DNA from: an uncultured Solirubrobacterales bacterium
GTDB lineage: Bacteria > Actinomycetota > Thermoleophilia > Solirubrobacterales > Solirubrobacteraceae
Reading direction: 5' to 3'
NCBI GenBank assembly: GCA_963715925.1
Contig: OY970282.1
Location: 365,891-429,890 of the forward strand
DNA: 64,000 nt
Position numbers and translations under genes: made by a program. Of the stretch, positions 1-10,160 are shown piece by piece; the first letter of the stretch is position 1; the number at the start of each line of letters is the position of its first letter. Below the pieces are notes generated by a model. That model was not told the DNA's origin. It saw only the letters and a list, made by a program, of their open reading frames with translations, and ran no database searches.

Positions 1-2
1 GC

Positions 3-203
3 CGACACGATCGCCAAACACGCGAGCGCACGATCGTGGACGCGCTGCAGGCAGGAACCCAGCCTGAGCAGATCGAATTCGCTGTACACCAGGCACTCGA
101 CCGTGTGCTCACAACCCCCCGCCGGCTTCGCTCCGCCGCCGCGGAGCGTCCCGCCCGCGTTCGGAGCCTCATCGAACACGCTCTTGCTGGAGGCCACGCT
201 TGA
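3..203 (+). CDS. AbiEi-like (type IV TA) antitoxin, C-terminal part; 5' end outside the window
   Basis: Frame 3 reads RHDRQTRERTIVDAL...HALAGGHA*. The T-x-ERTIVD motif is typical of AbiEi C-terminal domains. Not in the ORF track. Confidence 0.55.
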   Translation, partial: RHDRQTRERTIVDALQAGTQPEQIEFAVHQALDRVLTTPRRLRSAAAERPARVRSLIEHALAGGHA

Positions 204-237
204 GATACAGCGACGGTGGCCTTCCGTCGATTCTGCT

Positions 238-269
238 CAAAAGTAGACATTTTGGGGTAAACTAAGCGC
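238..269 (+). promoter_or_regulatory. Candidate leaderless promoter/operator of the AbiEi gene
   Basis: TAAACT (-10-like, 258-263) lies 6 nt before ATG 270. Imperfect inverted repeat CAAAA-gtagaca-TTTTG at 238-254. AbiEi proteins autorepress at inverted repeats. Confidence 0.4.
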
Positions 270-842
270 ATGCCTACGGAGCGGTTCATCGATTTGACCG
301 AGATCGCGGCAGACCAGTTTGGCTTGATCACTATCGATGACGCCCACGGGGTCGGCTACCAGCCCAAGACGCTCGCCAAGCTCGCCAGCCGCGGGCAGTT
401 GGAGCACGTCAGCCGAGGGGTCTACCGAGTCCCGTTCCTGCCCAGCGGGCAGATGGCGCCCTACATGGCCGCCACACTATGGCCCCAGGGCACCCGGGGT
501 GTACTCACGCACGAGACGGCGCTCGACCTGTGGGACGTCAGCGACGTCAACCCCGCGAAGATCCACATCGCCGTCCCACGTACGCACCGCCCCCAGCGAC
601 AGGTTCCCAAGGCGTACGTGATCCACCGCGAAGACCTCGACCCAGATGAGATCACCGCGATCGAGGGAGTCCCGGTCGTCAAGCTCGCATGCGCGCTGCA
701 CCAGTGCGCGCAGGCTCACCTCGCGCGCGATCTGCTCGATCAGGCCGTACGTCACGGCCGCAGCCGCGGGCTGCTAGGCGCCGATGAGCACGCCGCGCTC
801 GTGCGCGAACTCGATCTGGAAAGGGTCGGCGGGCGAGCATGA
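270..842 (+). CDS. Type IV TA AbiEi-family antitoxin (Rv1044/MenA3-like)
   Basis: N-terminal wHTH (QFGLIT...LEHVSRGVYR), LTHETALDLW, KIHIAVP, EGVPV. Confidence 0.85.
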   Translation: MPTERFIDLTEIAADQFGLITIDDAHGVGYQPKTLAKLASRGQLEHVSRGVYRVPFLPSGQMAPYMAATLWPQGTRGVLTHETALDLWDVSDVNPAKIHIAVPRTHRPQRQVPKAYVIHREDLDPDEITAIEGVPVVKLACALHQCAQAHLARDLLDQAVRHGRSRGLLGADEHAALVRELDLERVGGRA

Positions 843-1516
843 GCGATAGCGACGCACCCAAAACCCCCGATCTGCGCTCCGATCTTGCCCGCGCGGCACA
901 GATGACCGACGTCGTTGAACGCACGCTTGAAGTCGTCGCGTTGATCGAGGCTGTTGCGGCGCCATTCGGTATCCACCCGGTCGTTGTCGGAGGCATGGCC
1001 GTCTACTTCTGGGTTGAGAGCGAGGCATTCCTGACCTACGACATCGATGTCGTAATGGAAGTCCCCGCCGAGCTCGACGCGAAGCTGGCTGAACTCGGGT
1101 TCGCGCGCGCCCCAGACGGTAGGCACTGGGAACTCCCAGGCACCGAAGTCTTCTTCGAGGCGCCGAGCGCTAATCTGGATCCAGATGTCGTCGTGGCCGA
1201 GGTCGAGTTGCCATCGGGCCGAACGGCGAAGGTCCTCTCGCGTGTCGACGTGCTCATTGACCGCCTCGCCGAGTTCCAAGCAATGGGCCACCAGATCATC
1301 GGACAGCAGGCGCTCATGCTCCTATCCGGCATCTCCGATGACGAAGCTCACGACCTCGACGCGCGAGCCTCCAGCCATCGCGTGGGAACCATTCTCAAGG
1401 CCCTGCGTGACCTCGCCAATGACCTCGCGGCAGGCCGCGAAACGCCGGAGAGCGACGAACTGCACGACATTGCCAGTGCAGCACTCGAAGCCGAGTACTC
1501 TCCAGAGAAGCCATGA
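839..1516 (+). CDS. Pol-beta-superfamily nucleotidyltransferase, probable TA toxin
   Basis: VVVGGMAV...TYDIDVV (GG...DxD) motif. ATGA overlap with the antitoxin stop. Confidence 0.7.
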   Translation: MSDSDAPKTPDLRSDLARAAQMTDVVERTLEVVALIEAVAAPFGIHPVVVGGMAVYFWVESEAFLTYDIDVVMEVPAELDAKLAELGFARAPDGRHWELPGTEVFFEAPSANLDPDVVVAEVELPSGRTAKVLSRVDVLIDRLAEFQAMGHQIIGQQALMLLSGISDDEAHDLDARASSHRVGTILKALRDLANDLAAGRETPESDELHDIASAALEAEYSPEKP

Positions 1517-1695
1517 AGACGCAGACGATCTCACTTGAGCAGTGGCGCCGCGAAGCGCCCGAGCGCCGCGCGCAGAGCGCACGGGTTCTCGCGCGCCTTG
1601 GACCGATCCAACGCGACAAGCCCCGTGCGGCCGCCGAGGCGCAGTTCCTACGTCGGATCGGCACGCCCGAGCATCTGATCGGACCCTCGCGCTGA
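1513..1695 (+). CDS. Small basic hypothetical protein (60 aa)
   Basis: ATGA overlap with the upstream stop. Ends 77 bp before the convergent helicase stop. Confidence 0.5.
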   Translation: MKTQTISLEQWRREAPERRAQSARVLARLGPIQRDKPRAAAEAQFLRRIGTPEHLIGPSR

Positions 1696-1772
1696 GACTC
1701 ACATGCGCAGTAGCGAGGACGGCACTCCGGTACTCGTCTCAAGGACGGGGTCTGATATCACCCTTGCCATGA

Positions 1773-4700
1773 TCACGACCGTCGCCGGTACACCTCGCCG
1801 GGGCGCCGGTCGAGGTTGAACACATCGAACACCTTCGCTAGTCCTGCACCAGTCATCATTGCCCCATCGAGCCACGGGTCCACATCGGCTAGGGGGTGCA
1901 CTATGACCAGCAGCTCGTCGCTTCCGCCCACCTCGTGGCGCCCCGTGCTAAGCACCGGCTGCAGTCCGTCGTCGACTATCTCCCACCCGAAGTCGCGTTG
2001 GACTCCCCGGAGAGCGGCCGCCCGGATTCCTTCCCACCGATCGCGGGTCGGCGCGCCGTGCAGCAGAACTTCAAGGGTGTCAGCCGCAAGCCGCCAGTCG
2101 AGCAGTGGATGGAAGCGGAGATTAGAGAAGTCACGCAGGCACCGTGGGCATGACGCCTCACAGCCGTGGTCGCTGCCCTCCCAACGCTCATGGATCATGC
2201 ACTCCGTCTCAACTAGCAGTTCCTCAAAGTGCTGACGCTCGGCGAGCCATGTGACGAAGCCCGCACCATTCTCGATGGCATCCGCCAGGAACACCTCGGG
2301 GATGAATGCACGCACCGCCGTGGACGCAGCGTCGTCGCGCAGCATACGTAGGCCCGTCTCAAGCTCGCGGGGCTCTATGTCGAGAGTCACGGCAGCCCGG
2401 ACACGCAAGGCGAACCCGAGGCTTGTCCATGCTGCGCGCCGCGCAACGCTCAGCAGTCGCGCGCGCGGCCCGGACTGGGGATACAGGAGATGGCTGTGAC
2501 CATCATGTTGCTTGCGGGCCGGCTGCGCGACGACCGTATCGGTCTTCCACATCGCCCCAAGCACTAACTGCTGCTCGGAGCCCGATCGCACCTTGCTCGA
2601 CATGGTCACAGGGTCTAACCACCCCTCGCCGGGCTCGTTGGCAGCGGCCAGCTCAAAGCCCGCGCCCCCGCGGTCATTCACCGAGTAGATCTCCGAGTTG
2701 CCCGACGCGACCCGGAGACCGCCAGTCACGTGCCGATTCCCCAGAGAGGGAGTTACAAGCTTCGGCGATGACGCGCGCGAAAGGCGCTGTGTGACACCCT
2801 CGTATGGCTCCGCATCGTGAAACCAGCTAGTGCGGAAGCCGGTCGGCCGGGCCATAAGCTGGATACGGTAATGCTGCGGGTCACGCTCCCTGCACTCGGA
2901 GCAAACCGGATTTACCGGGTCGGGATGCAGATCGATGGTCTTGCAGGTTTCACACAGGCCGACCGATACCGTGGGCCCGCGCCCATCCAATGGCTCTGGC
3001 TGCCTGCTGCCCATCGGTCGGAAGCCCGCGAGGCCCACAACCGTATAGACCAGCTTGTCGAGCACAATCTCGTTCCCGATCGCGAACTCCGACACAGCCA
3101 CGCGCAGGTCGCGGTCGATTGCCCCTGGCGGTGGCCAATTACGTGAGTACTGCGGCGCCCGCGTGAACAGATAGCGAACCTGCGTCGGGAACCCGTACAT
3201 CGGCAAGAGTCCGTGCTCGGCCAGTCGCTGGGAAAGATCCGGCGCCTCGTCCACCAGGGCGGCCAAATGCGTGATCCGTGCCCCGAGACCATCGAGCGCC
3301 CCCTCAACAAGTTCCGCGGGGGACTTTGCGACGCGAGTAAAGTGGCTGATCTTGGCCGTGAACTCCTCAAGGGAGTCGCGGATCGCCTCGATACGCTCGA
3401 CGATCTGCCTGGCATGGACTGGCCAATGAGACGCGTCACCGAAGTGCCCATGCACGTTGAAACCGGCCTCGTCCCACCCAGTCGTCTCCTCGAGCCACGC
3501 GAAGGCACACCGCAGCGCCTCGGCACGGATGACGCGATGGAAGATCGGCTCGGAGTCTGATACGAGATACGGCGCGGGAGGCGCCGCCGCTGTCATCTCC
3601 TCGGGTGCACCGAAGTAATACTGGTCGTGCGTACGGTCGCGACAGACGGTGACAGCCAACGAGAGCGGATTATCACGCCGGCCGGCGCGGCCAACACGCT
3701 GCTGGTAGTTGTGGCGCTGGGGCGGCATGTTGCCTAGCAGGACAGCCAGTAGGTTGCCGATATCGACGCCGGCCTCCATCGTCGTTGTAACCGAGAGCAT
3801 GTCGATGCCGTTGGGTCGTGGCGGCTCGTTGCGTAGGAAGATGTCCTGAAACAGCGCCTGGCGCTTCTGGGACCGCGTCCGACCTGTCTGCCCCGTTAGC
3901 TCCTCTACCGCGAGCCGAATGACCGGCCGCTTCTCGTGCGCCAGGCGGGCGTAGTAATCGTCGGCGAGTCCGTCACGCGGGATCTTGGCATCGTCGCCAA
4001 GCGAGCTGAGACAGTGCTGGCAGACGCCTGCGTTGCCGTGCAGGTGCGCCCATCCGCAGCGCAGGCATCGCCAAGCGTACTCCACGTCGTGGCGGCGAAT
4101 GACCAGCCGGTCCAGAGCGAGCACCCAGCGTGGCGCTGGCTGCGCAGGGTCGTTGGGAAGGCTGCGTCGCGCCCAGTCGATGATGTCGTCGTAGCTGCTG
4201 TCATGGGTGGCGCAGACCTTCCTCAGCCACGATGCCAGCTCAGCTGGTGGCCCCCTGTGGACATCGCGCCCATCGCGGCCGCGCTGGTAGAAGCGGTGAA
4301 GGGAGAGGTTGCGCAGCGCGCCCCACACGACCTCCTGTGCGATCAACTCGTCGCCAAAGCCTGGCGGCGGCGTCACCTCGTGACCTGAGGCGGGTACGAC
4401 AAACCCGAAGCCAAGGGACTCGATGTCTCGCCCACCACCGGCAAAGACCGCCTTTGCGAGCTGAGCGACGGTCTGCACGTATAACGCGTCGATCTGATCC
4501 CGTGCCCGCGGATCCTCGTCACGCCGCCGTGGAGGCGACGGGGGCTCGGTGGGTGTATCGGCTGGCCATTCGAAGTGCTTCCACCAGTCGTCATCGCTGC
4601 CGTCGGACGGACGACCGGCCGGCCCTGCCGGGTTGCGGCCGATATTCACCAGATCGTTGAATACGCGCTGCCCGATCAGTGCCAGCGGCGCGTCGCCGGC

Positions 4701-7289
4701 CAGCGCCTGATCGCGGCTGGCCTCGATGCGGCGGATCTCCTCCGGATTGTCGAACACCCCGTCGTGGAGGTCCTGGAGTTGGCGCAGCAGGGGATGGCCA
4801 TCGTGGCGCAAGCGGCGCACCGTTTGCAGTTGCTCAGGATCGCGGGTGTCCAACCAGTGCAGATAGGTACGCAGGTCGTCGACGAAGGAGGTTGCCCGCT
4901 CGATCTCATGCACAACGAGTTGGCGCACCGCGTCGCGGTAGTGCGCGGTGTCCATCCCACCCGCGAGCTTGGCGGCGTCCTGACGACTGTCGCTAAATGC
5001 GATCAACCCGCGGTTGGGTTGCCCTGCGGGATAGATGCGGTGTAGTACCTCCTCCGCGAGGATCTGGCTGACGCGGTCGGCACTGGCTCGCATGCCCCAG
5101 ATCGGTGAGCGCATGCGGCGCGGGCTGGTCACGGGCAGCGCCCGCGCCGCTCCCCGAGGAACGCTGGATTTCTCCCAGTCGTCGTTGCAGTTGGGGCAGT
5201 GCGTAGGGATACCCGGGATGACCTCCAGTCGGCCGTCGCTGCCGCTGCCGCGCGGAGCGCGGATTACGTACTGCCATCCTGTGCGTTGCTCATCGAGGAG
5301 GCCACGTACCTGCCCGGCACCCGGTACGAGCACCGCCTCCACGAACGCGAACGTGAACCCGAGGTGACCCCAGGACGCCTCGATGGGTGTCTTGTCCGGC
5401 CCGGACGGCCAGTAGACCTTGTAATTGCTGTAGGTCTGGTCCGCATAGCTGCGGTCTGGGACATCCTCGAAGTTCGGGACATCGGGCAGCAGGTCGAACC
5501 CGCCGCCACGGTCGGCATCGGCGCGTGCTGCGTAGCCGCCGAGCAGGACGTCGCCACACGTCTGGCAGCACAGGAGATCGAGCACGCGCGCGCCACACTC
5601 GCACCGGATCCGCGGCTGCGCGTATAGCTTGCCGATCCTGCGATCCGCGTCCTCGAACTGCCTGTCGATCTCCGAGCAGGCTGGGTCGCAGCAAGCCCAC
5701 CAACCTGTTCCGGTGCGAAAGAAGTAGTGCGCGCGAACGTTTGGACCGTTGCCCGCAGCCATTGCCGACAGCACTCCCGTGAGCACGTGGCGCGCCTGCG
5801 GGTCGTCTGGCCGCAGGCGCTCGGCAAGCTCCTCAGCACTCGTGGCCAGAATGGCATTTCCCGTCCGGCATGCGGTGCTCACCACGTCGCCGAGCGCGGT
5901 CGTGCCAAGTTGCGCCGCGTCACTGCTGTCGCCGCCTGCCGCGACGCGTCGGCCGAGGTCAGCAAGCTGCGCCGCCTGGTCGTCATCGATCGTGGAAGCC
6001 GCTACGTCGGGCGGGAGCACCTGCCGGCCACTGAGAACCTCGAAGCGCGTGCGGTCGCGACCAAAGAACTCCTGCAAATAGTTCTTGATGTCGTCTACCT
6101 CGGCACCCAGCGACGCGCTGGCGCCAATCACAGTCAGCTGGCCATCTTGTACGTCGATGCGGTCGAGCAGCTTGCGCAACAGTAGCCCGACCTCCGTGCC
6201 GGCGGTGCCCCGGTAGGGATGCAGCTCATCGACCACAAGGAAGAAACGGTGATTACCCCGGTCGGCGTCGAGGTATCGACGCGTCTGCTCGAAGATCTCG
6301 GCCTCGTCGCGACGCATCAGCATTACGTTGAGCATCGAGAAGTTGGTGATGAGGATGTCCGGGGCGTGGTTCTTCATCTCGGGGCGCGACAGCTGCTCGG
6401 CCCCGAGAGGGCGGGGCACATACGGGCGATAGCGCCCGAGCAGCCCTGGCTCCATTCCTACCTCCTGCTCCCGCTCGGCGGTGAGGCGGTCCCGCGCGGC
6501 CGCGCTGTCCCATAGATCCTGTGCGTCGCCGTAGAAGCTCTTCAGATCCTTGTCGGGGGTCTGCCCGGTATAGCGCCCGAAGGTGAAGCGGTGGCCGTGG
6601 CGCTCGCGATTCATCCACGCTTCAGCGTGGTCGGAGTCCAACGTTGCGCGAAGTCGCACGATCTGGTCCTCGACGAGGGCATTCATCGGATACACCACCA
6701 GAGCACGCATGCCTGGATCACGGCCCGTCTCATCCTTGCGGGCCGGACGGAAGCGCCCACTCCCGCCGCGCCACCAAGCGGTTGGGGTAGCCGCCCCTGG
6801 TAGCCAGGCTCGCGACTCTCCGACCAGTTGGGTAAGTACCGGAAGCCAGAATGCCTCCGTCTTGCCCGAGCCAGTGCCACCCGTCACCACCACATCGCGG
6901 CCGTTGAGCGCATGGCGGAGACTGTCCCACTGGTGGGCGTAAAGCTTGTTCTCACCCATGAGCGGCCCGAGCAGCTCGGCAGCGTCCTCCGCCACTCCAG
7001 GTTCCAGCCCGAGGTCAGGGTGGCGGAGCGCGTCGGCAAGGCTCAGCTCGCTTGAGACGAACCCCGGAACCGGCTCGATCAGCGTCGCCGAGGCCAGCTG
7101 CTCGCCAGCCTCCAGCAGTGCGCGCCGCTCGCGGTCAACACCCCGATTGCTGACCGCGTAGTTGGACACGTAGAAATTGCGGTAGTTCTGTGTCAGCTCG
7201 TCGGCAAGAACCAGTGGGTTGGGCGGCATCACTGATCTGGGCTCGCGGCCAACGGCAATGGCGGCGTCGATCGAGTCGGCGAGCGTCAT
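1773..7289 (-). CDS. 1838-aa SF2 DExH helicase with Zn-binding inserts and C-terminal DUF1998-like domain (Druantia DruE-like)
   Basis: Q motif LYAHQ, Walker A GGTGSGKTE, Ia YPMNALVEDQ, II VVDELH, IV AFSDSRQDAA, V TTTMEAGVDIG, VI YQQRVGRAGR. Several CxxC pairs. Terminal CEASCPRCLRDFSNLRFHPLLDWRLA. Confidence 0.85.
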   Translation of the reverse strand: MTLADSIDAAIAVGREPRSVMPPNPLVLADELTQNYRNFYVSNYAVSNRGVDRERRALLEAGEQLASATLIEPVPGFVSSELSLADALRHPDLGLEPGVAEDAAELLGPLMGENKLYAHQWDSLRHALNGRDVVVTGGTGSGKTEAFWLPVLTQLVGESRAWLPGAATPTAWWRGGSGRFRPARKDETGRDPGMRALVVYPMNALVEDQIVRLRATLDSDHAEAWMNRERHGHRFTFGRYTGQTPDKDLKSFYGDAQDLWDSAAARDRLTAEREQEVGMEPGLLGRYRPYVPRPLGAEQLSRPEMKNHAPDILITNFSMLNVMLMRRDEAEIFEQTRRYLDADRGNHRFFLVVDELHPYRGTAGTEVGLLLRKLLDRIDVQDGQLTVIGASASLGAEVDDIKNYLQEFFGRDRTRFEVLSGRQVLPPDVAASTIDDDQAAQLADLGRRVAAGGDSSDAAQLGTTALGDVVSTACRTGNAILATSAEELAERLRPDDPQARHVLTGVLSAMAAGNGPNVRAHYFFRTGTGWWACCDPACSEIDRQFEDADRRIGKLYAQPRIRCECGARVLDLLCCQTCGDVLLGGYAARADADRGGGFDLLPDVPNFEDVPDRSYADQTYSNYKVYWPSGPDKTPIEASWGHLGFTFAFVEAVLVPGAGQVRGLLDEQRTGWQYVIRAPRGSGSDGRLEVIPGIPTHCPNCNDDWEKSSVPRGAARALPVTSPRRMRSPIWGMRASADRVSQILAEEVLHRIYPAGQPNRGLIAFSDSRQDAAKLAGGMDTAHYRDAVRQLVVHEIERATSFVDDLRTYLHWLDTRDPEQLQTVRRLRHDGHPLLRQLQDLHDGVFDNPEEIRRIEASRDQALAGDAPLALIGQRVFNDLVNIGRNPAGPAGRPSDGSDDDWWKHFEWPADTPTEPPSPPRRRDEDPRARDQIDALYVQTVAQLAKAVFAGGGRDIESLGFGFVVPASGHEVTPPPGFGDELIAQEVVWGALRNLSLHRFYQRGRDGRDVHRGPPAELASWLRKVCATHDSSYDDIIDWARRSLPNDPAQPAPRWVLALDRLVIRRHDVEYAWRCLRCGWAHLHGNAGVCQHCLSSLGDDAKIPRDGLADDYYARLAHEKRPVIRLAVEELTGQTGRTRSQKRQALFQDIFLRNEPPRPNGIDMLSVTTTMEAGVDIGNLLAVLLGNMPPQRHNYQQRVGRAGRRDNPLSLAVTVCRDRTHDQYYFGAPEEMTAAAPPAPYLVSDSEPIFHRVIRAEALRCAFAWLEETTGWDEAGFNVHGHFGDASHWPVHARQIVERIEAIRDSLEEFTAKISHFTRVAKSPAELVEGALDGLGARITHLAALVDEAPDLSQRLAEHGLLPMYGFPTQVRYLFTRAPQYSRNWPPPGAIDRDLRVAVSEFAIGNEIVLDKLVYTVVGLAGFRPMGSRQPEPLDGRGPTVSVGLCETCKTIDLHPDPVNPVCSECRERDPQHYRIQLMARPTGFRTSWFHDAEPYEGVTQRLSRASSPKLVTPSLGNRHVTGGLRVASGNSEIYSVNDRGGAGFELAAANEPGEGWLDPVTMSSKVRSGSEQQLVLGAMWKTDTVVAQPARKQHDGHSHLLYPQSGPRARLLSVARRAAWTSLGFALRVRAAVTLDIEPRELETGLRMLRDDAASTAVRAFIPEVFLADAIENGAGFVTWLAERQHFEELLVETECMIHERWEGSDHGCEASCPRCLRDFSNLRFHPLLDWRLAADTLEVLLHGAPTRDRWEGIRAAALRGVQRDFGWEIVDDGLQPVLSTGRHEVGGSDELLVIVHPLADVDPWLDGAMMTGAGLAKVFDVFNLDRRPGEVYRRRS

Positions 7290-8191
7290 GCGGTGGTCTG
7301 GTTAAGGGTACTGGAGATGGCCGTAGCGAGATCGTTGGGAACATTGACATATTGATCGACACCCGCGTCGACGGCCGTGGGAACATCGGCCGGCATACGT
7401 CCTGAGCACAAGCATGCTGCCCGGGCGTGCAGCGCAGGCAGTGGTGCGCGACGGTCGACGAGCAGCTTGGACTCTGCTGGCTCATATGTGATGAGTGGGT
7501 CCAGTTCCCGGTCGCGCTTCAAGAGATATGGGCCCCACTCAGGCGCAACGAGACGCCGCCACTCTCCCCCATGGAGGAGCCAGCCCTCGCGTCGGCGACC
7601 GTGAGTCTCCCAGCGCCACAGCCCACTGGTGCTCTCGGGCACATCGGGATCGGCCCACCGGGGACGCAGGTCGGCCGGGTCAATCAGGCAGTGCGCAAAG
7701 CGGTCGTCGGGCCACGCCGTCTCGGAGACCTCATCCACCCGTGCAGAGGGAAGCATCTGCCCCAAACGCAGCGCCGCGTCGGCCGTCAGCGGGATCCCAG
7801 CCGCGGCGGCAAGATGCGGCGCATCCTCGGGGTTCACCTGCAGTAGCACGGTGCTCGGCCCACGGTCCTGCGCTACGGGATCGTCGAGCTCGGCGTCGAT
7901 GTCAGCCGCGATGATGACTGCGTCGAGCTCGTGCAGCAGCCCGGCGGGACGGGCGCCGGTCAGCAGCAAACGTCCCGGAAGGCCTGGGATAGAGACCAGA
8001 CACGTCGCCGCGGTACTAAAGCGACTGGAGCCCCAATCCCACTCGACGTGGGCCAGTTGGCTCAGCGCCCGCGCCGCCGGCCCTGGCTTCAGCCCGAGGT
8101 ACCGACAGCCATCCGCGAACTGCTTGTGCGTTCCAGATCCGAGCTCCGAAACCCAGATCAGCAGCATGTCGTAGACGTCAGCCTTGGGCAT
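7286..8191 (-). CDS. Hypothetical 301-aa accessory protein of the helicase operon
   Basis: Start re-called to ATG 8191 (MPKADVYDMLLIWVSELGSG), overlapping the upstream stop by 14 bp. Its stop overlaps the helicase ATG (ATGA). Confidence 0.75.
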   Translation of the reverse strand: MPKADVYDMLLIWVSELGSGTHKQFADGCRYLGLKPGPAARALSQLAHVEWDWGSSRFSTAATCLVSIPGLPGRLLLTGARPAGLLHELDAVIIAADIDAELDDPVAQDRGPSTVLLQVNPEDAPHLAAAAGIPLTADAALRLGQMLPSARVDEVSETAWPDDRFAHCLIDPADLRPRWADPDVPESTSGLWRWETHGRRREGWLLHGGEWRRLVAPEWGPYLLKRDRELDPLITYEPAESKLLVDRRAPLPALHARAACLCSGRMPADVPTAVDAGVDQYVNVPNDLATAISSTLNQTTA

Positions 8192-10160
8192 CCGAGCTCT
8201 CATAGATAGCTCGGCCCAGCAGACGCACCCAGGCAGTACCGCCGCTTTTGTCTGCGGTGCGGTCAGCGACTTCGCCGTTCTCGTAACTGGCGATGAGGTC
8301 GAGCAGCGACTCGGATGGCTCGACGTCAACATCGGCGTAGCACACAATCTGGGCATGTCGGCCGCGTAGCAGGACATACGCGATGTCCTCAGGCCGTGGT
8401 AGCTCCCACGGCTCACCCGTGCCGATGCCCATGCGCCGATGCCAACCATCCTCGAGCGGCGGCCCGCAGGTGGTCCATGTTCCGTCGCGAAAGATCACAT
8501 CGACGAGATCCTGGTGGCGGGTCAGGAGCGATGAACGCCATGGATGATCTTCACCATCGTTGATGATCGTCGCGCCGCGGATCTTGGGTCCGCCTTCGTC
8601 GCCACGACACTGCGATGTCGCCGACGCCTTGGCCCACACTTGCCCTGCGGGCAGCCAGTGGTAGGCATCTGTGCCCTTGCGTGGACCATGCTCAGCAAGC
8701 TCGATGGTCTGCTCCCACACGTCGCCGACGGCAATGTGATGCACACCCCGGTCGGCGACGGCGGGGCGAAGGTCGAAAGGCACGCCGGGCAGCGCCTCGC
8801 CGCACTCGACGCCGTCGACCTCCACACGCGCCGGCTCGCCCAGCTCCGAAAGCAGCGCGGGCGGGTGATCGGCGAGGTAGGCACCAAAGTTCAGCGGCAG
8901 ACCTCCGACAAGGCGCACCTCCTCGACGTCCTCCGCGGGATCCGCCGAGCGCAGATGGGTCGGCAGGCCGTCCGGGTCGACCCCGAACGCCAACTGCCAG
9001 CCATGCGGCAACGGCGGTCCGCTCATCCCATCCTCCCGCGCGTTCGCGAGCAGCGTAGCGTCGCATGTCAGCACTGCCACTATCTCCGAGGTCGCTGCCG
9101 GGACGCGCCTCAGGCCCGCATCGGAGCCCTCAAAGAGCGTCGTGGTGCCCGGTAGGACGCTCACCCGCGCGCGCCGATGCGTGAGACTGATGGATACCGG
9201 GCCGAGCGTCGCCTTCTCGAGCCAGGTAAGCGGGACGCCGAACTCCTGGCCACCGCCGGGCAGCACGAGCGGGCCGTCGGGCCCGTCGGCTACAGCATCC
9301 TCGTCGAGCCCAGGCACCACCAGCCGCAGCGCGACGCGCGGACCCATGATGCGCAGATACAGATCGGCATCGAGGTGGCAGTATCCGTCCTCGTCCAGCA
9401 CGGCACCGTCCCACGCGGTCATGGCACTGCGCAGCGCGGCACGCATGACGTCCTCGAGCTCAGAGTCCTCGAGCTTTTCGCGAGTGGGCGTTGTCAGCAT
9501 GGATGCGTAGCCCCACCGGCGCAGCAGCCGTACAGGATCGTGCCCAGCCTCGAGTGCTGGTCGTGCACTGCGGAAGAAGCGGCCCAGCAGCGCACGGTCC
9601 CGGCCGCGCAGCGGCGCTTGGCCGATCGCCACACCCACAACGCTCAGGTTGCGCGGCGGCTCGCGCAGCACCAGCACGCCGCGCCTGCCCCCCTTCTCAA
9701 CTGCTAGCCAGTCCTGCAGGTCAGCGAAGAACGTCATGAGCATCTCGAAACCCGCAACACCAGGCCACTCGTCCCGCTTGGGTATGTCGAAGATGTCGCA
9801 TAAGCGCGTGTAGTAGGAGTTGGTCGATATGTTCTCGTCGCGGTCCATGCGGCTGGCCGCAACGACCGCCAACGCCAGGCCCGACATGAAGCTGGGCAGC
9901 GGGCGTGGGCGCGAGAGCCGCCTCCAGCGACGGCCGTGGTTGACGATCCCGCGGACGCCGCCCTCGAATGTGATCTCGTAAGAGCCCTTCAGGCATTCCG
10001 CAAGCGCCGTGACCGCATCCCCTCGAATCTCAAGCCGTGCCGCCGCATGTTCGACAGCGAGGTCATCGCAGGAAAGCAAGACAGAAAACAGGCCCTCGAT
10101 TTGGCGCTCGGGTAGTAGAAGGTCCAGGAGCGCCGCGTTCCAGTCCTCAACGGTAGCCAT
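8178..10160 (-). CDS. Hypothetical 660-aa accessory protein (helical N-terminus, beta-rich C-terminal half)
   Basis: Start re-called to ATG 10160 (MATVEDWNAALL), in a TGATG overlap with the nuclease stop. N-terminus LALAVVAASRM...NSYYTRL...DRALLGRFF. Confidence 0.75.
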   Translation of the reverse strand: MATVEDWNAALLDLLLPERQIEGLFSVLLSCDDLAVEHAAARLEIRGDAVTALAECLKGSYEITFEGGVRGIVNHGRRWRRLSRPRPLPSFMSGLALAVVAASRMDRDENISTNSYYTRLCDIFDIPKRDEWPGVAGFEMLMTFFADLQDWLAVEKGGRRGVLVLREPPRNLSVVGVAIGQAPLRGRDRALLGRFFRSARPALEAGHDPVRLLRRWGYASMLTTPTREKLEDSELEDVMRAALRSAMTAWDGAVLDEDGYCHLDADLYLRIMGPRVALRLVVPGLDEDAVADGPDGPLVLPGGGQEFGVPLTWLEKATLGPVSISLTHRRARVSVLPGTTTLFEGSDAGLRRVPAATSEIVAVLTCDATLLANAREDGMSGPPLPHGWQLAFGVDPDGLPTHLRSADPAEDVEEVRLVGGLPLNFGAYLADHPPALLSELGEPARVEVDGVECGEALPGVPFDLRPAVADRGVHHIAVGDVWEQTIELAEHGPRKGTDAYHWLPAGQVWAKASATSQCRGDEGGPKIRGATIINDGEDHPWRSSLLTRHQDLVDVIFRDGTWTTCGPPLEDGWHRRMGIGTGEPWELPRPEDIAYVLLRGRHAQIVCYADVDVEPSESLLDLIASYENGEVADRTADKSGGTAWVRLLGRAIYESSDAQG

